A stretch of 56,030 nucleotides of DNA from Octopus sinensis (taxonomy: Eukaryota), in assembly GCF_006345805.1 (NCBI RefSeq), contig NW_021835374.1, positions 1-56,030 on the forward strand. The letters run 5' to 3'. Positions within the stretch are counted from its first letter, which is position 1; every line of letters starts with the position of its first letter. Positions 37,781-49,735 of the stretch are shown here, piece by piece. Below the pieces are notes generated by a model. It did not search any database. It worked only from the letters and a program-made list of their open reading frames with translations, and was not told where the DNA came from. Both the position numbers and the translations under genes were made by a program.

Positions 37781-38017
37781 GGCGGCGAGCTGGCAGAAAC
37801 GTTAGCACGCCAGGCGAAGTGCGTAGCCGTATTTCGTCTACCGTTACATTCTGAGTTCAAATTCCGCCGAGGTCGACTTTGCCTTTCATCCTTTCGGGGT
37901 CGGTTAAATAAGTACCACTTACGCTCTGGGGTCGATATAATTGATTTAATCTGTTTGTCTGTCCTTGTTTGTCCTACCTATGTTTAGCCCCTTGTAGGCA
38001 ATAAAGAAATAAGAAAC
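37781..38017 (+). mobile_element. Family B SINE, full-length
   Basis: ggcggcgagctggcagaaacgttagcacg..gagttcaaattccgccgaggtcgactttgcctttcatcc..ataaagaaataagaaac. Confidence 0.9.
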
Positions 38018-38607
38018 ATGCATTGCAGTCGAGATCGTTGTCGTAGCCGTGTTCGTCTTCGTGTTTGTGCTCGTAGTCTTGTTGGTGGTCGTGGCTGTGG
38101 CCGGTGTCGTGCTCGTAGTCATGGCTATGGCCGTTGTCATGCACGTTCTCTTAGTTGCGCTCGTTGTCGTGCTCGCGCTCCTTGTCGTAATTGTGCTCAG
38201 AGACGTGCACTTGCTCGTGGATCGCAACATTTCCCCCATTTCACGAGTGATGTTGAGATATCCGTCACTCAGACTCCAGGCAATCAGGGTAACCGGCCTT
38301 ATAAATCCGAAGATAAAAAAACAATAAATAAATAAATAAAAATAGTTTTGTTATTGACGATAGGTGAATGAGATGTTAATACATTGAACAAAATATCTTG
38401 CAGAAGATTTCTTGCTTTTTTTTTCTTGTCACTTGTCTTGTTTTTACCTTCTGAGTTCTATTCCCGTCAGGTCGGCTTCAACTTTTTAGCCAGTCCCCTG
38501 GGAGTCGTTAAGAGAAACACCAGGATGATTCAATTAGCCTCATCCCTTGTCTTGCCGTCTTTCTAGCAGCAGCAGCAGCAGCAGTAGCAGTAGTAGTAGT
38601 AGTAGTG

Positions 38608-38644
<37 letters not shown>

Positions 38645-38660
38645 CAGCAGCAGCAGCAGC

Positions 38661-38692
<32 letters not shown>

Positions 38693-39142
38693 CGGTGGTG
38701 GTGGTGGTGGTAGTCGTCGTTGTCGTGGGGTAGTTGTGTTGTATTGAGAATTAATTTATTTAGCCGAGACATGGAAAGCGAAAATTGCTTAAAGGTTAAA
38801 CACAAAAAAAGGTATTTTAGGATAATCTTGACAAGTCTCAAAAAAATTAACATATAATTAAATCTCTCTTTCCCTCCTCATCCATCCATTGTTTCTTTCG
38901 TTTTTTATATTTTTGCATTTTATTTTGTTCTCACACCTCTTTCACACTTTCATCCACTCTCATTTCTATTTATTTATTTATTTATTTATTGTCTAAGTTC
39001 GCTCTTTCGCCATTTCTAAATTCTCTTTATTTCTTTCTTCAATGCATGTTTCTCTACTTCGTAATTTCTCTTTCTTTTTTTCTTTCTTTCTTTCTTTACT
39101 TACTTCCTTTTTCTTATTTTCCTCATATATATATTATGTATA

Positions 39143-39509
39143 CTAGCAGTATCGCCCGGCGTTGCTCAGGTTTGTAGGGAAATAACTATACTCATTTTAG
39201 ATAGTTTATAGCCACAAAATAGCCAAAAAAGGGAAAAAAAATATGGTAATTTTTTTTTTTGAGAGTAATAAAAGGTTGAGTTGCGTCCCCTAGACGTCTG
39301 TGTTTGTTTTTTTTTATTCTCGACCCATGTCGAATTTATCGATTTTTTCAGAACTGGGGAACTTTTCAAAATTTCGCTGCGTTGTTTTTGAATTATGACA
39401 TTGGGCTATGTGTGTGTCAAGTTCATCAAAGCGTTGAAAGCCGTGTCAGGGTGAGGGTACGAGAAAACAGACACACAGAAACACGCACAACAACTGCCGT
39501 TTATATAGA
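39143..39509 (-). mobile_element. Non-autonomous Helitron-like element
   Basis: Homologous end-to-end to 18124-18490; A|TCTATATAAACGG...CGCCGGGCGATACTG-CTAG|T. Confidence 0.8.
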
Positions 39510-39562
39510 TATATATATATATATATATATAATATATATTAATTATATATATATAATATATT

Positions 39563-39595
<33 letters not shown>

Positions 39596-39825
39596 TTATA
39601 TTACCTATATACATGCCTATATATACGTGTGTGTACATACATGTGTGGATATATATAAGTATATTTATAAATATAATATATAAACGTACATGCATAGATA
39701 CACACAAACATACAAACTTGTGTGTGTGTGTGTACATATATTCACTCTACTACTTCATTGTGTCTATCTCTATAACTCATTCGCCGTTCATTCTCGCAAT
39801 AACTCTACAACTCCTCCTCTTTCCC

Positions 39826-39871
<46 letters not shown>

Positions 39872-40688
39872 TCTCTCTCTCTCTCTCTTTCTCTACATGT
39901 TCTTTACGTACAAATCCTTCTGATCTACCTACCCAATACTCTACAAACAACGTACTTTCCATCTTCGAAACCCTTTATACCGCTGAAAGCAAACCCTCCT
40001 TCCTGGTCCACGACTGTTAAGCACTGAAAAGGTCAATTACGTAGGATTTAGAGCTGTCTAATGATACATACACCATTCAAGGAGCCAAGATTAAATTGCT
40101 GCTCTCCAGCTATTTAGTTTAGCTAAATCATTTTCATGTAATTCTTCTTGTACCTCGTGTCAAAAAACCAAATATTTCTTTCTTTCTTTCGTTTTTTTCA
40201 CGTATGGGGGATTCAGAATAAGAATGGGTAGGACGGGAGAACGGGGGTTGGTTTTAGCTGTTGTTATCTTGTAGTATGAATCGTAGATATTGGTGTTGTT
40301 ATTGCTGAAGTCTTGTCTTTCATTATGCTTTTTGATTTTTTTTTTCCTTTTTGTATTGTTGTTGTTGCTTTGATTGTTGTTGATGTCACTGCTGTATATT
40401 TTTATTCTTTTATTATTGTTATTATCTTTATGTTTGCTGTTGTTGTTGTTGTTGTTGTTGTCGTCGTCGGCGTTCTGCTTTTTTTTTTACGGCGTTGGTT
40501 TTCGTTTCTTTTTTTTTCTTTTTTTTTTCTACGTCTATCGAGTGTCGCTGAGACAAAAGTTTGTTGTTGAAAGCATCACGAGGACATGTGATTATTTGTC
40601 AATTTATTTTGAAGGACACAGTGGCGAGGAGCACGGACAAGCTGTGATACACACACACACACACACACACACAAAAATACATACACAA

Positions 40689-40727
<39 letters not shown>

Positions 40728-40732
40728 AATAC

Positions 40733-40801
<69 letters not shown>

Positions 40802-41018
40802 CAAACATACATTCATACATGCGTACAAGTATTCATTTATTTCTTTCGGTGACAGAGGCAATTGTGAGGGGAGGGGGCAAAGGGGCTGCACCGCTGTTCT
40901 GTTACTTCGCGGCACGATTTATTGCCTTAAGACAAAGCTAAATATTCAAGCGTAAAAAAAAAAAGAACGCAAAGAATAAGTAAAAAGAAAACCTATGCTG
41001 CAAGATTTTGTACACATC

Positions 41019-41072
<54 letters not shown>

Positions 41073-41223
41073 TATCTGTTTGTGTATGTATATATGTGCT
41101 TGAGTCTGTGTGTATCCGTTTGTGTGTTTATAAAGCTATCTACAAATGCGTTAATCTTAATACATCGCTTCACAAAATGTACCTGTAAGTTAGTCAGTTT
41201 CTGCCGTTAAGTGTGTAAAGTGT

Positions 41224-41340
41224 GGAGGTGCGTGGCTTAGTGGTTAAGGTGTTCGATCCATGGTCGTAATGTCGTAATTTCGAATCTTGGCAGCGCGTCG
41301 TGTCCATGTGCAAGACACCTTATTTTACATCGCTCCTGTT
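41224..41340 (+). mobile_element. Family E SINE head fragment
   Basis: ggaggtgcgtggcttagtggttaagg..atttcgaatc..gtgtccatgtgcaagacac. Confidence 0.7.
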
Positions 41341-41577
41341 CCCTCACACACACACACATGATCCCTACGCTAGTTATTCATTTCCTATCCACATTTTCAT
41401 CCTGATGTAAGCCAAGAAACAATGTCTAGAAGACGTACAGTGTGAAAGCGCATCTTTGATGCAAGTTGAGGTGTCACTCAAATGTCGAAAACCGCAAACA
41501 TGACGCGAATTTTTCACTTCAAATTTCTGCGCAAACTGGCGTAGAGATGGTACAGAAACAATTTTAACGAATAAACC

Positions 41578-42113
41578 TTTCTACTCTAGGCACAAGGCCC
41601 GCAATTTGGGGGGTGGGGCAGTCGATTAGATTGACCCAGTACTCAACTGGTACTTAATTTATCGACCCCGAAAAGATGAAAGGCAAAGTCGACCTCGGCG
41701 GAATTTGAACTCAGAATGTAACGGCAGATGACATACTGCTAAGCATTACGCCATGCGTGCTAACGTTTCTTATTTCTTTATAGCCCACAAGGGGCTAAAC
41801 ATAGAGGGGGCAAACAAGGACAAAGGGATTAAGTCGATTATATCGACCCCAGTGTGTAATGGTACTTAATTTATCGACCCTGAAGGGATGAAAGGCAAAG
41901 TCGACGTCAGCGGAATTCGAACTCAGAACGTAGCGGCAGACGAAATACTTATTTCTTTACTACCCACAAGGGGCTAAACACAGAGGGGACAAACAAGGAC
42001 AGACAAACGGATTAAGTTGATTACATCGACCCCAGTGCGTAACTGGTACTTAATTTAACGACCCCGAAAGGATGAAAGGCAAAGTCGACCTCGGCGGAAT
42101 TTGAACTCAGAAC
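41578..42113 (-). mobile_element. Family B SINE trimer
   Basis: Three tandem units with the same junction types as 32232-33621; the leftmost unit has a variant tail (ctactctaggcacaaggcccgc). Confidence 0.88.
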
Positions 42114-43194
42114 GCGCGCGAAATATCTTGAAGTTCTTAGTAACTTTTTTCTGCGACTATAAAGACAATGACACGCACACACACACACATACATTTATAC
42201 CTTGCCCATGTTACCACACAGGGAAACTGAACCCGAGACCAAATGGTTGCAAATCGTGCTACATAACCACAACGTACACATTTCCAAATTATTATGAATC
42301 CATTGAAAATGACCTCGGAAAGCAAAGTGGTACTTTTAACGCTCTCGCATTTTTCGGAAGGTACTTCGTGGATAATGCAATCAAAACTTGGTCAGTTCCA
42401 CTCCTTGGAATATTGATTTTAAGACAAAATCCATTATGGTACCTATTTGGTTTTTCTACCCCCATACAATATTGCTTCACTTCAGCTTGTTTATAAATGG
42501 GCTTTCAACCCGAAGTAAGCTTTCAATTTTAACCGGAAAATACTTTCTTGTTTTTTGCAAACGAATGTTGCAGATGTGAATTGTTTGTATTTTGATTTAG
42601 GGATTTACTTTTCCCGTTTTTTTTTTTTTTCTTTGTAGTGTACTGATGTTATCAAAGCACCTGACATCACATTCATAGTTGCAGAATCATTCCAGATTTT
42701 TAGTTTGAGCATAACTGAATTTACTTTACGTCAGACCTCGAAATTTTATACTGGTATCCTGTGCTGTAAGATTAATCGCATGCAAGTAAGTGAACACGTC
42801 AGAAAGATATGTAAATTCTTTTTTCCTTCTTTTTTTTCTTCATTTTTCTATTTTTCTTTTCGTTCAACACTGATCTTTTAGTTTGGCAGAAAGTTCAAAA
42901 TGATGTTCAGATAGAAAAATAGCGAATTTCTTCATGCACTTCAAAAAGATAAAAAAAAACAAACATGCTAACGTTTCTCAAACGTGATAACCAATGCATT
43001 TCTGTAGTAATAACGTTAAATGCAAACTCTCCATATCTTCACGTGATAATCTGAACCCTCATGTGACCTTTACTGGTTGCAGTCATTAGACAGTGGCCAT
43101 GCTGGAGCACAGCCTCTAAGAATGTTAGTTATTTTTTCTTTTAAGCATTGTGCTTGATCTGTCCACAGAGACGAAAACACACCAAGAGGTTTGT

Positions 43195-43490
43195 TCTTTC
43201 TCGAGCTATGCCTGGCTCATAAGCGCTGGTTCCCCGGTTTCCTTGACGTATAGGTTCCCCACCTGGACAGGATGCCGGTCCGTCTCAGGTGAGCTGCAAT
43301 ATGCAGGAGGAAAGAGTGAGAGAAAGTTGTGGCGAAAGAGTCAGCAGAAGTTCACCATTACCTTCTGCTGGAGCCGCGTGGAACTTAGGTGTTTCGCTCA
43401 TAAACACACACATCGCCCGGTCTGAGATTCGAACCCACGATCCCTCGACCGCGAGTCCGCTACTCTAACCACTAGGCCATGTGTTTCCAC
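43195..43490 (-). mobile_element. Family D SINE with V-domain-like tail
   Basis: Head (reverse) ctctaaccactaggccatgtg, body gagagaaagttgtggcgaaagag, minus-strand tail gacggaccggcatcctgtccagg..gaaaccgggg. Confidence 0.8.
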
Positions 43491-43518
43491 TTGTCAAGAG
43501 GTTCGAAATTTCCCCCAA

Positions 43519-43565
43519 GACACCTGATGAAGGCTGGAGTGTATATCAGCCAAAAAGTTGCGTTA
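43519..43565 (+). ncRNA. Degenerate PLE-type hammerhead motif
   Basis: GACAC-CUGAUGA-A-GGCUG-GAGUGUAUAU-CAGCC-AAAAA-GUU-GCGUU; the expected GAAAC is mutated, so it is probably inactive. Confidence 0.55.
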
Positions 43566-44074
43566 ACAACAAGATGAGGAAAAATATCCGTTAAATGTAA
43601 ATAATGTAAATAAAGTATATTCTATCGGTCTCCGTAACTTTACCGAATCGCAGTTACAGGGACGTAAACATATCAACAGCGGTTGTGAAGTGGTGGTGGT
43701 GGTAGTGGTGAGAGAAACACACATACACACACACAAATACATGCGCACGCCTCTCTCTCCCCCTCTCTCTCTCGCTCTTGTTCTCGCTCTCTCTTCCCCC
43801 CCTCTCTCTCTCTCTACATATATATATATATGTATGTATTCTGACGATTTAAATAAGAGAGTTTTGACTGTTATTTCCAGCAGGTAGATGTATTTAGTAT
43901 GTCCTTTGATTTAACTTTAATCCTTCAGCTATTTAATGCTTTTTGGAGGCCTGCAATCGCCTATATTATTGATTCTGTTATTATCATTTTTTTAAATAGT
44001 TACACTAGTTAATAAATGAATTAATATTTTCGCAATTAATTTTTCGTGAATTATTTTTCTCGTGAAATGTTTGC

Positions 44075-44121
<47 letters not shown>

Positions 44122-44216
44122 ATATATAGGGACAATTTACGAAAAAACAAAGTGGAAGACAGGTGGTGTAAAAAACAAACAGATGATTAGTATAAACGCT
44201 CGGGAATTGAAAAAGT

Positions 44217-44253
44217 CGTTAATGTTTCGAGCCTACGCTCTTCCACAGGAAAG
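44217..44253 (-). ncRNA. A6U-core minimal hammerhead motif
   Basis: Minus strand: UUUC-CUGUGGA-A-GAGC-GUAG-GCUC-GAAAC-AUU-AACG, in repeat ~44125-44290. Confidence 0.5.
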
Positions 44254-44312
44254 AAAACAGAAAGAAACAAGGATAGAAAAAATGTGAAATGTGTGTGTAT
44301 ATATAATATATA

Positions 44313-44473
44313 TGTCGAGCTTCTTTCAGTTTCCGTCTACCAAATCCACTCACGAAACTTTGGTCGGCCTGAGGCAATAGTAGAAGATACTTGCTCAAGG
44401 TGCCACGCATTGGAACCGAACTTGCGAACCATGTGACTTGAGGAGCTAAATTCTTAGCACACAACCATGCTTG
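44313..44473 (-). mobile_element. Family A SINE 5' half
   Basis: gtcgagcttctttcagtttccgtctaccaaatccac..gaagatacttgctcaaggtgccacgc..cacacaaccatgc. Confidence 0.8.
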
Positions 44474-44868
44474 CGTGTGTTTAGTTAATTTTAACACTCC
44501 TTATTGGATGTCTCCAATGCATTTCACATTTCATGTATAAGCCTGGACACTTAGTAATTAGAAACTTACGACCTGTCAATACTTATTAACACAATCTTAT
44601 TCATTTAGTTCGCATTCCATTATCTATCTTGCACAGAACTTTAAGTTTTCTTAAATTGTGTGTGCTTTACATGTTTACTCTTAGTTGATATCTAATTCTC
44701 TACAAAGAAAACAAAATATTTACGGATTTTTGACACAAATGAAAATAACCTTTATTTTCATTCAATTCCAAACATTTTCATTTAAAATATTCTTCACTTT
44801 CTTTAAATTCGAATGTGTTATCTTAAAATGCTGTTTTCTCTTAGCTGGATTTAAACTTCTATTTATTT

Positions 44869-44910
44869 TATAAGATTTCCAAATTCAACACACAATCCTC
44901 TTCAGTTATA
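44869..44910 (-). ncRNA. Candidate ultra-minimal hammerhead (1-bp stem III)
   Basis: Minus strand: UAUAA-CUGAAGA-GGAUU-GUGUGUUG-AAUUU-G-GAAA-UC-UUAUA. AT-rich context, so it could be chance. Confidence 0.3.
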
Positions 44911-45631
44911 TAACCAATCCAAGTGAAGCCGTTAAGTAATAAATGTTTCATCAATATTTCCTTGATTATTATTATTTTTTTTAATTTGTTTTAATAATAT
45001 TTTTGAAGGTGAACTTGACGTTGTTTCAAGCTGAGTAAAAACTTCGTTCGGTCAACTGCTAGTGATCTGCAATTATCAGAACTATCAACAAGCCTTATTG
45101 ATTTTCAACCGCTTATTTATCGAGAATGTGAATAGGATGAAATTTATTAAACATAAAACAAAATCATAACTACCCACAACATTTATCTATCATCACTATT
45201 CATGCGTTAGAAAAATCCACTCTCGAGACTATTTATGAGCAATAGCCATCATTATGTTTAAGCAGCATTCCACATTTATTGCTGCCTAAACAGAAAACTA
45301 TTGAATATTATCCCGTAATGTTAGCTTCAGCTGCTAAATTTCACCATTTCAGTAGAATACTTCTAGAACTAACAATCTCAAATCAAAAACTGAATATTTA
45401 TTACTTAAGCAAAAGTTACTGTGAAAGATCTTACCTAAATGTGCATTATGCTTGTATGTATAAATACACATACACATATACACACATACACATATATATA
45501 CATATATATTACATATATACATATATAAGCATATATACATGCGTATACATACATACACACATGCATACATATATACGCACATACACACACATATATGTAG
45601 ATTAACGGTTCATCATGTTTTTTTCTCTCTT

Positions 45632-46033
45632 CTTTTTTACTCTTTTACTCTTTTATTTGTTTCAGTTCTTTGACTGTGGCCATGCTGGAGCATCGCCTTT
45701 AGTCGAGCAAATCGACCCCCGGACTTATTCATTCTAGTACTTATTCTATCGGTCTTCTTTTGCCGAACCGCTAAGTTACGGAGACGTAAACACACCGCCA
45801 TCGGTTGTCAAGCGATGTTGGGAGGACAAACACAGACACACAAACGCACACACATATATATATACATATATACGATGGGCTTCTTTCAGTTTCCGTCTAC
45901 CAAATCCACTCACAAGGTTTTGGTCGGTCTGAGGCTATAGTAGAAGACACTTGCCCAAGGTGCCACGCAGTGGGACTGAACCCGGAACCATGTGGTTCGT
46001 AAGCAAGCTACTTACCACACAGCCACTCCTACG
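45632..46033 (-). mobile_element. Family A SINE, full-length
   Basis: Reverse complement of the family A consensus, tail to head. Confidence 0.92.
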
Positions 46034-46082
46034 ACTTTGCCTTCCTTTTTCATTCTCTCTCCGTTTTTTTTCCTCTTAATCC

Positions 46083-46116
46083 CTTCTGTCGAAGAGCGTA
46101 GGTTCGAAACGTCAAT
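46083..46116 (+). ncRNA. A6U-core minimal hammerhead motif
   Basis: CUU-CUGUCGA-A-GAGC-GUAG-GUUC-GAAAC-GUC-AAU. Confidence 0.5.
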
Positions 46117-46820
46117 AATTTTTCCATTCTTCTCGATCGTTAAACCAATACATGTGCTTGTTGTTCCTTCACCTGCCTTTGTATGTTGCTTTCTGTACAT
46201 CTGAACTATGTGTGTGGCGGGGAGCAGTGTGCGCGTGCGAGTGTGCAGATGCGTGTGCGTATGTATGTATGCATGTATGGATATGTGTATATGCTGTGCC
46301 ACTACTGGTATCCCTTTGGCAATACATCTTCTCTATCATGCTGACCTGTAATTTAACCACATGATTTTGGTATACACTTCATTGCTGATGAATAATTAGC
46401 TTCAAAAATTACGCGAAGAAATTTTAAAAAGTTCCAATATTCTTCATCTTAATATAAGTTTATAGTTAATTAATCTATAACTTTTCTTTACTTGATGACT
46501 CGAGAGCAGTGTTTCTCAACTAGGATCCATATTGCCATTAGAGGTCCACATAAGACTTTTTTTGTTGAAGTTTATGAGCAATAAATTACTTCTGCTTCTA
46601 GAATACACAAAATAGTTTTATTGTTACCAATCCTAATAATATTTAATTATAAAAAATACACATAACAGCTATGAGAGTTTACTCGAGTAAAAATAGAAGT
46701 AAAAGGGGTCCATAGGTGAAAAAATAGTTGAGAAAGACTGCTCGAGTAGATGGAGCACTGACCATAGCTTTTATCAGGCACCCTAAACCCGTTGATGCCC
46801 TGTAATAAAAAAAAACAGTA

Positions 46821-46984
46821 GGCGCAAGAGTGGCTGTGTGGTAAGTAGCTTGCTTACCAGCCACATGGTTCTGGGTTCAGTCCCACTGCGTGGCACCTTG
46901 GGCAAGTGTTTTCTACTATAGCTTCGGGCCGACCAAAACCTTGTGAGTGGATTTCGTAGACGGAAACTAAAAGAATCCCGTCGT
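46821..46984 (+). mobile_element. Family A SINE 5' half (its 3' half is probably 47781-47985)
   Basis: ggcgcaagagtggctgtgtggtaagtagc..gaatcccgtcgtatat. Confidence 0.88.
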
Positions 46985-47110
46985 ATATATGTATATATAT
47001 ATATATATATATGAATATATATATACATACATATATACGCCATGATTGATCGTTAGCCACTACACACATTTTTTTCTCTCCTTGTTTCTCTCCTTGTTTT
47101 TTCTGTGTAC

Positions 47111-47146
47111 CTTTCTGTAGAAGAGCGTAGGCTCGAAACGTAAAAG
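47111..47146 (+). ncRNA. A6U-core minimal hammerhead ribozyme, best-preserved copy
   Basis: CUUU-CUGUAGA-A-GAGC-GUAG-GCUC-GAAAC-GUA-AAAG; 4-bp stem I, 4-bp stem II, palindromic ACGU stem III, predicted cleavage after 47142. Confidence 0.65.
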
Positions 47147-47232
47147 AATTTTTCTATCCTGAGCGTTATACTAATACATCTGTTTGTTTTGTACACCACC
47201 TGTCTTCGTCTTTGGTTTTTTTCGTAAACTTT

Positions 47233-47279
<47 letters not shown>

Positions 47280-47281
47280 AT

Positions 47282-47321
<40 letters not shown>

Positions 47322-47327
47322 TAGTAG

Positions 47328-47389
<62 letters not shown>

Positions 47390-47425
47390 AGTTGGTTTGT
47401 GAAAGCACGTGGTTGAATATATAGA

Positions 47426-47707
47426 AAATAGTAAAATGTGAAAAAACTACAGAGAGGCTTGTTTTAAAAGGTTAAAAATATATTTTGAGTCAATATGTCT
47501 GAAGAATATTATAAATTTTTTTCTTACAATGACATAGTTTAGAAGAAAGACCGGTTTCGCGTTTAGCTAAACGCGAAACCGGCTTTCTTCTAAACTATGT
47601 CATTGTAAGAAAAAAATTTAATATCTTCTTCAGACATATTGACTCAAATATATATTTTTTAACCTTTTAAACAAGCCTTCTGTAGTTTTTTTCACTTTTT
47701 ACTATTT
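47426..47707. repeat. ~280-bp fold-back palindrome, no spacer
   Basis: ..agaagaaagaccggtttcgcgtttag|ctaaacgcgaaaccggctttcttct..; axis at 47566/47567, arms pair out to aaatagtaaaa / tttttactattt. Confidence 0.95.
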
Positions 47708-47780
47708 ATATAATATCTATATAATATATATTATATATATATATATATATTATGTATGTATGTATGTATGTTATGTTGGG

Positions 47781-47985
47781 TTTGTTACCCCAACATCGCT
47801 TGACAACCGATGCTGGTGTGTTTACGTCCCCGTAGCTTAGTTGTTCGGCAAAAGGAGACCGATAGAATAAGTGCTAGGCTTACAAAGAAAAAGTCTTGGG
47901 GTCGATTTGCTCGACTAAAGGCGGTGCTCCTGCATGGCCGCAGTCAAATGACTGAAACAAGTAAAAGAGTAAAAAGAATAAAGAG
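47781..47985 (+). mobile_element. Family A SINE 3' half
   Basis: ccccaacatcgcttgacaaccgatgctgg..ggcggtgctcctgcatggccgcagtcaaatgactgaaacaagtaaaagag. Confidence 0.88.
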
Positions 47986-48385
47986 AGTGTAGTAGGTTAG
48001 CAACTACAGAAAGTCATCATCAGGGAGAACATTAAAGATGGCGGCAGTTCACGGGTGGAAGAGCTATGCTTAGTGATTATGTAGAGCCGGGAGGTAGAGA
48101 CTGAACTAAGATACAGAGCGGTAGAGAGATGTGTACCGGAGATGCCAGAGATACGAGAATATAAGCCTGGTCTCGGATACGAAAGTCACTGCTGGCTATA
48201 ATTTCCGAAGAAGATCTGTAGAGATTACCCTAACAAGTGATGTGAATCGCACTGCTAAACACAGTAGGACACCGTATTGACTTATAAAAATGTTTAATAT
48301 ACTATATATAGTATATTAAGTTTGCATAACGAAATACCGTGTGCCTACAAGTCATTAATATACACCATTGTAGTGCAAGTGTAAT

Positions 48386-48850
48386 TTCAATAAAGAACAA
48401 AATAAGAATTTTTAACACTAACGTAAAAGCGGTGTTATTGTATGGGACTGAGCCATGGCGAACAACAGTTAAGTCAAATAAGCAAATACAATCATTCATC
48501 AACAGATGTTTGCGTAGTATACTTAAAAGTAGATGGCCCGAACGCATAAGCAATATGGAGCTATGACAAAGAACAAATCAAGTTTCGATTACGGCAATAT
48601 TTTAGAAAAAGTGGAAGTGGATTGGTAGCACAATTAGAAAGACACACCAAAATGTAGCGAAAAGTGCCTTTAGAGTGGAATCTGGATGGATATAGAAGGA
48701 GAGAGGAAGGCCTAAGATCTCGTGGCGGTAGATCACACAAAAGATCTAGAGAAAGGGGGACATTCAATGGCAGAGTATAAGTACAGAGCGAAAATTATGC
48801 GACATGGAATTCCATTATAAGTGGACTATACTCCGCGTTGGAGGGTTAGG
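48386..48850 (+). mobile_element. RTE-clade LINE RT C-terminal fragment
   Basis: KNKIRIFNTNVKAVLLYGTEPW..FINRCLRSIL..WPERISNMEL..KWKWIG..ALEWN..RRRGRPK; stops and frameshifts present. Confidence 0.88.
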
Positions 48851-49339
48851 CAGAAAAAAAAAACGAAAAAAAAAACTGTCGCATTCATCGCATTTGATGA
48901 GGCAGCATAATGAAGGTATTAGAATAGTTAGTAAAAGTTTTCGAGAAAGAAGCAAGATGCAGAAGAAAAAACAAAATGAAATTTTCATGGTCGTCTCAGG
49001 CGGATTGTGATCAACAACAAGGCCCTTTGAACATGTACCTTCTTATTTATATACACCTTTAGGTGGGTGTAGACATATGTAACTGAAATGCAGAACAACA
49101 CGAATAACCATGCTTCAAGAGTCAATAGACTTTTAACATATTTATTATTCAGAGAACACCGTAACATGTAAGCAAACCTATGGTAGAATTTTTGCAATGC
49201 ATATAACGTATAACACACACACACACACACACACATGCACACACATATACTATGCATATATATTTTTATGCATCTTTATGTATACATACACGCATACAGA
49301 CATACACACACATATGTATGTATGCATGTATAGAAATGT

Positions 49340-49403
<64 letters not shown>

Positions 49404-49704
49404 GTATGTATGTAGGTAGGTAGGTAGGTAGGTAGGTAGGTAGGTAGGTAGATATATATATATAGATAGATAGATAGGTAGGAAGATGTATATATATTTA
49501 TATATATAGATACATACATACATACATACATACATACATACATGCATACATACATACATACCTACATACATGCATAGACAGACAGACGGACGGATGGACA
49601 GACGGACAGACAGGCAGGCATGCAGGCAGGCAGATAGATAGATAGATAGATAGACAAACAGACAGACATACGCGGTACATGCGATCGTGAGCATACATAT
49701 ATAC

Positions 49705-49735
<31 letters not shown>

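Noticed and set aside
48035-48045. Perfect YY1-like motif AAGATGGCGGC as a promoter or start site
   Set aside because: Single 11-mer, the ATG frame stops after 11 codons, and there is no CpG-rich promoter context.
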